From: Rozella allomycis CSF55
Taxonomy: Eukaryota
DNA length: 64,000 nucleotides
Direction of reading: 5' to 3'
Assembly (NCBI GenBank): GCA_000442015.1
Contig: KE561300.1
Span: forward strand, 1 to 64,000
Position 1 is the first letter of the stretch, and each line of letters starts with the position of its first letter. Below, piece by piece: positions 60,482-64,000 of the stretch. The notes beneath the pieces are model-generated. The model worked only from the letters and a program-made list of their open reading frames with translations. It had not been told where the DNA came from and ran no database searches. A program made the translations under genes and the position numbers.

Positions 60482-63338
60482 ATGGGAGTGGATGCTTACG
60501 AGGCATTTAAACATCTAGTCTACTCCAGTTTTAATGAGACTAGCAAAGAAAAAAGAGGAGAGGTTGAATACACTCTTGAAGAAATATTCAAACAGGGTAA
60601 ATACATTATAGCATAAATTAGTTTAAAAGATACCGCAAATGCAGCAGTGTGGTTAAAGAGAATTATACAACAAGAATCAAGTAATACGCCGCTGTGTAAA
60701 ATGGCTGCTGTCTTGTTCAAGAACAATGTTCAAAATTTGTTGCCGGTGATCCAGGTATGATGATATCGTATAAATTTTGAAGAATAGAAGAGAATATTTT
60801 GACTTGTTTTTAAGAATAGCTGTTGATAATCTACAGCTGCGCAGTATTTTCTGTTACAATATTGCAAAACTGCTTACAAATGAGGAGGATTGTTTGGAAA
60901 TGGAGCTTCTTGATCAGCTATTTAGAATGCTGAACATGAAAGATTTGAATGAGAGTGAAGTGTCATTGACAGTTATACTTGGTAATGTGCATTGCATGAG
61001 TTTATAGAATTTGTCAAGGAGGATATTGGAGACCAGCATTTCCCATTGGTTGCTAAATATTTGTTTCCGGTTCTGCCCAATGCATTTAAAGTTGGGAAAT
61101 TGAAGGGGGTTGTTTTGGAGCTTGTAAAGACATCTGGAGATTTGTTGTTTATAATGAAAAAGGAGGCCAAAGTTGTTGCTGAAGAGTTTATAGCGGAATG
61201 GTTTGAGATATTTAGTCGGGAGCCGACGATTAAAGTGTTGGAGATTGCGAATCATTTACAGAGAATGTTTCCTAGTGTGGTGAAGAGACATACTTTAAAG
61301 TTGCTTGAATCTTTGTGGAGTGGAATGTTTCAAATGATGGAGCAAGAATGGTATGCTCAAGCGATGGAGTATTTTGTAAAGTTTATGAAGCATGAATTTA
61401 TTAAAGATAAGATATTTAATCAGAGTGAATTGTTTTTGAGAGTTTTGTGTAAAGCGTGTTCGTTTAATAAAGAACAGTTTGAGGAGATGGAGGATGATTT
61501 GGAGCTGTTTATTAGAGAGATGGATGTTGATATGATAAGTTTTGGATTTAGAGTATCTGCGATGGATTTAGCAGAGGAGATTGTTGGTGTTAATGAAGAG
61601 TTTAATTTTTGGTTTCAAAAAGGGCTTTGTTCTGTTATTAGCAATCCTGAAAATTCGGAAATGCTGGAAGCGGGATTATTTTTGTTTGGGATTGTTGGAG
61701 AAGAGATTCCAGTTGATATTTTGCAGAGGATATCATGCATTGATAATAAATTTATAAAGTCTAGATTTGTTTGGTGTTTAAAGAGCTATGTAGAAAAAGT
61801 ATCGAAACCATTGGCCAATGAGTTGGTACCGTTTATTATGGAGTGTTTAAAGTCGAATGAAAAGATTATAAAATTTAGTGCGATTTATTCACTTTCAGGG
61901 TAATTTTATTTAGTTGATTTAATTTGATTCTTTTCAGCTGTAGAAGAAATGCCGTGTGATGAGATTGTAGAAATATTGTTGAATGAGTTGAGAAATCAGA
62001 GCAAGATGAATGAGCAAGTGACGAGTTGTTGTTTGTCAGCGTTGCTTTGTTGTGCTTATTGTAGAGTTGAATCCTTTGAAAGATTTATTGAATTTTCAGT
62101 TTCAATGTTTCTTTCAATTTATTCAAGTTTTCCAGTTAATCATTTAATAAATGATATTACAAGTGAAATTATTTCATTATTGTCTCAAGTAATAAATAAA
62201 ATTATTATTAGAAATAAAAGAATGAAAAATTTAGATTACTTTTTGAAAAATCGTTAATAAATGCAACAGAAACACTTTGTAATGGAAATGATGAAGAAAA
62301 ATCATCAATTATTCAATTTTTGAGTTGTCTTGTTGATTGTATTGATGAATTATCATTGGATTCTCCTTATGTTTTAATTATTCCAAATATTTGTTCTTGT
62401 TTTGTTAATTCAAATGATTTAAACCTTCAACAAGTAAATTTCCAAATCTATTTTTAGAATTAGGCAGCACAAAAATTAATTTCTTTAATAATTTCTAAAA
62501 ACAAGAAAATTATTTCTTCGTATTCTTTAATTATTCAACAAAGTTTATTAAATTGTCTTTCAAATGGCTATTTTGATTCTCAATTGTTTATTAAAACTCT
62601 CTACAATGTTAAACATGAAAATCCAATCAATTTTCTTTCAAATTTAATTCCAATTTTATTCAACAAAATTTCTTCTTTTGATCCTTCAAGCCAAAAATTC
62701 ATTTTTACAATTTCTATTTTAATTCATCTTATTCATCTTTATGATCAATCTCTAGAAATTATCTTTAATCTAAATTTTGATCTTTTTCTTAAATCTTGGA
62801 TCAATTCGTTTTCTGAAATTCAATCAGAAAATTACATGGGTAGAATCTCTATTCTTTCTCTATGTAAACTATTAAATCTCAACAATCCATCTATCATGAA
62901 TTTCAACGTTCTAAAAGAAATTCAATCTCAAAGCAATAACAAAATTATCACAAGAAGCAAATCCAAATCTTGTAATACATTTTCATTCTTTTCATTCTAG
63001 TGACAAAAGAATTCATTTCTATCCCTTTTGTTGTTAGAGCCGTTGAATTGTTAATAGACTCTCTCAACACCATTCAATCTCTTAATAACAACAAACAAAA
63101 TTCATTCGAACAAGATGAAAACAGTGATGACACCGATTGGGAAGATGACGATGAATGCACCCCAGATCATCAGTCTCTCTTGGGTGCTTTCAATTCTCTT
63201 CCAACTGTAGAAGAATTGGCTTTTGATGTCATTGAAAATGATCCCTCTGCTAACATTGATCTCATCTCTACTATACATCAAACTATCAACATGTGCACTC
63301 ACAATTATCCCATTGTCAATCAATACCTTGAAAAATAA
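60482..63338 (+). CDS. IPO9: Importin-9 / Kap114-like karyopherin
   Basis: IBN_N-like start; HEAT repeats; IITRSKSK..IPFVVRAVELL; acidic DDTDWEDDDE followed by DPSANIDL. Confidence 0.75.
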
Positions 63339-63430
63339 ATTAAAATTTCTTTGAAATAGGTTTTTTTATCATTTATTATGCTACAAACATTTAAGTGAAT
63401 CTATCAAGGGAATTTCAGAATAATTTCTTA

Positions 63431-64000
63431 ATGAACAATGCAGGTTTATTCAAAAACAACATTAAAAAAATTCTACAAAAACCATTATTCGGATCAGAAT
63501 ATATTCTAAACGGTTGGGCAAAACAAGTTCGAAAGCAAAAGACAAATTTATTCTTTCAACTATCAGACGGTTCTAATTTGCATGGCCTTTCCTGTCTCAC
63601 AAAACCAACCAATCAAATAACAAACGGCTGTTCCATGCTAGTCAAAGGAAACCTTCAATCACATCCAACTCTAGGAACACCTGAACTACTTGTAAATGAA
63701 TTCTCAATTCTCGGCAACTCTGACGTAATTTCCATAATAACTAACAATAGGAAACATATCCAATCCAGAAACGAAGAATGACAATCGACGAGCTAAGAAA
63801 CTCTCTCGTACATTTCAAACCCCGGACATCGATCGGTCTAGCATACACGAAACTGAACCACCATCTCACAAAATCAATCCACGACGCATTCGCGAAACTA
63901 GATTTCACACAAATATACACACCATTAATCACATCAATGGACTGCGAAGGCGCCGGAGAAACATTTTCATTGGGCTCGCAGCTAAATTGTAACGCCAATC
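63431..64000 (+). CDS. Asparagine-tRNA ligase (likely mitochondrial), 5' part
   Basis: GWAKQVRKQK..LSDGS OB-fold; YPIQK; HTPLITSMDCEGAGETF. Start may be at 63378. Confidence 0.88.

Overview
AT-rich, extremely gene-dense eukaryotic DNA with about 30 protein genes, one tRNA and many spliceosomal introns of about 25-32 nt. The tiny introns, intergenic gaps of 10-50 bp and a flagellar/centriolar gene set (CFAP65, SFI1-like) point to a zoosporic, early-diverging fungal relative such as Rozella (Cryptomycota). This assignment is inference, not a database result. Most genes are housekeeping: PPME1, M16 peptidase, COG4, MFS, NUP214-like, PITH, AAGAB, PCT1, LOC1-like, GSH1, bL35m, KDSR, ACBP, EED, HERC, ORC2, IPO9 and AsnRS. 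Interspersed are intronless, accessory-looking genes: a membrane-anchored kinase, a Crinkler-type nuclease+kinase, an RNase H1, an orphan secreted protein, and a duplicated block pairing a giant coiled-coil gene with a secreted DPBB gene. That block is broken by three single-N junctions and is probably mis-ordered. The strongest unexplained signal is in splicing: several conserved genes are best reconstructed only if 26-29 nt introns end in TG (or GG) instead of AG, and other introns skip a nearer or better AG. This suggests 3' splice sites chosen by distance. Exon boundaries and family calls were made by eye.
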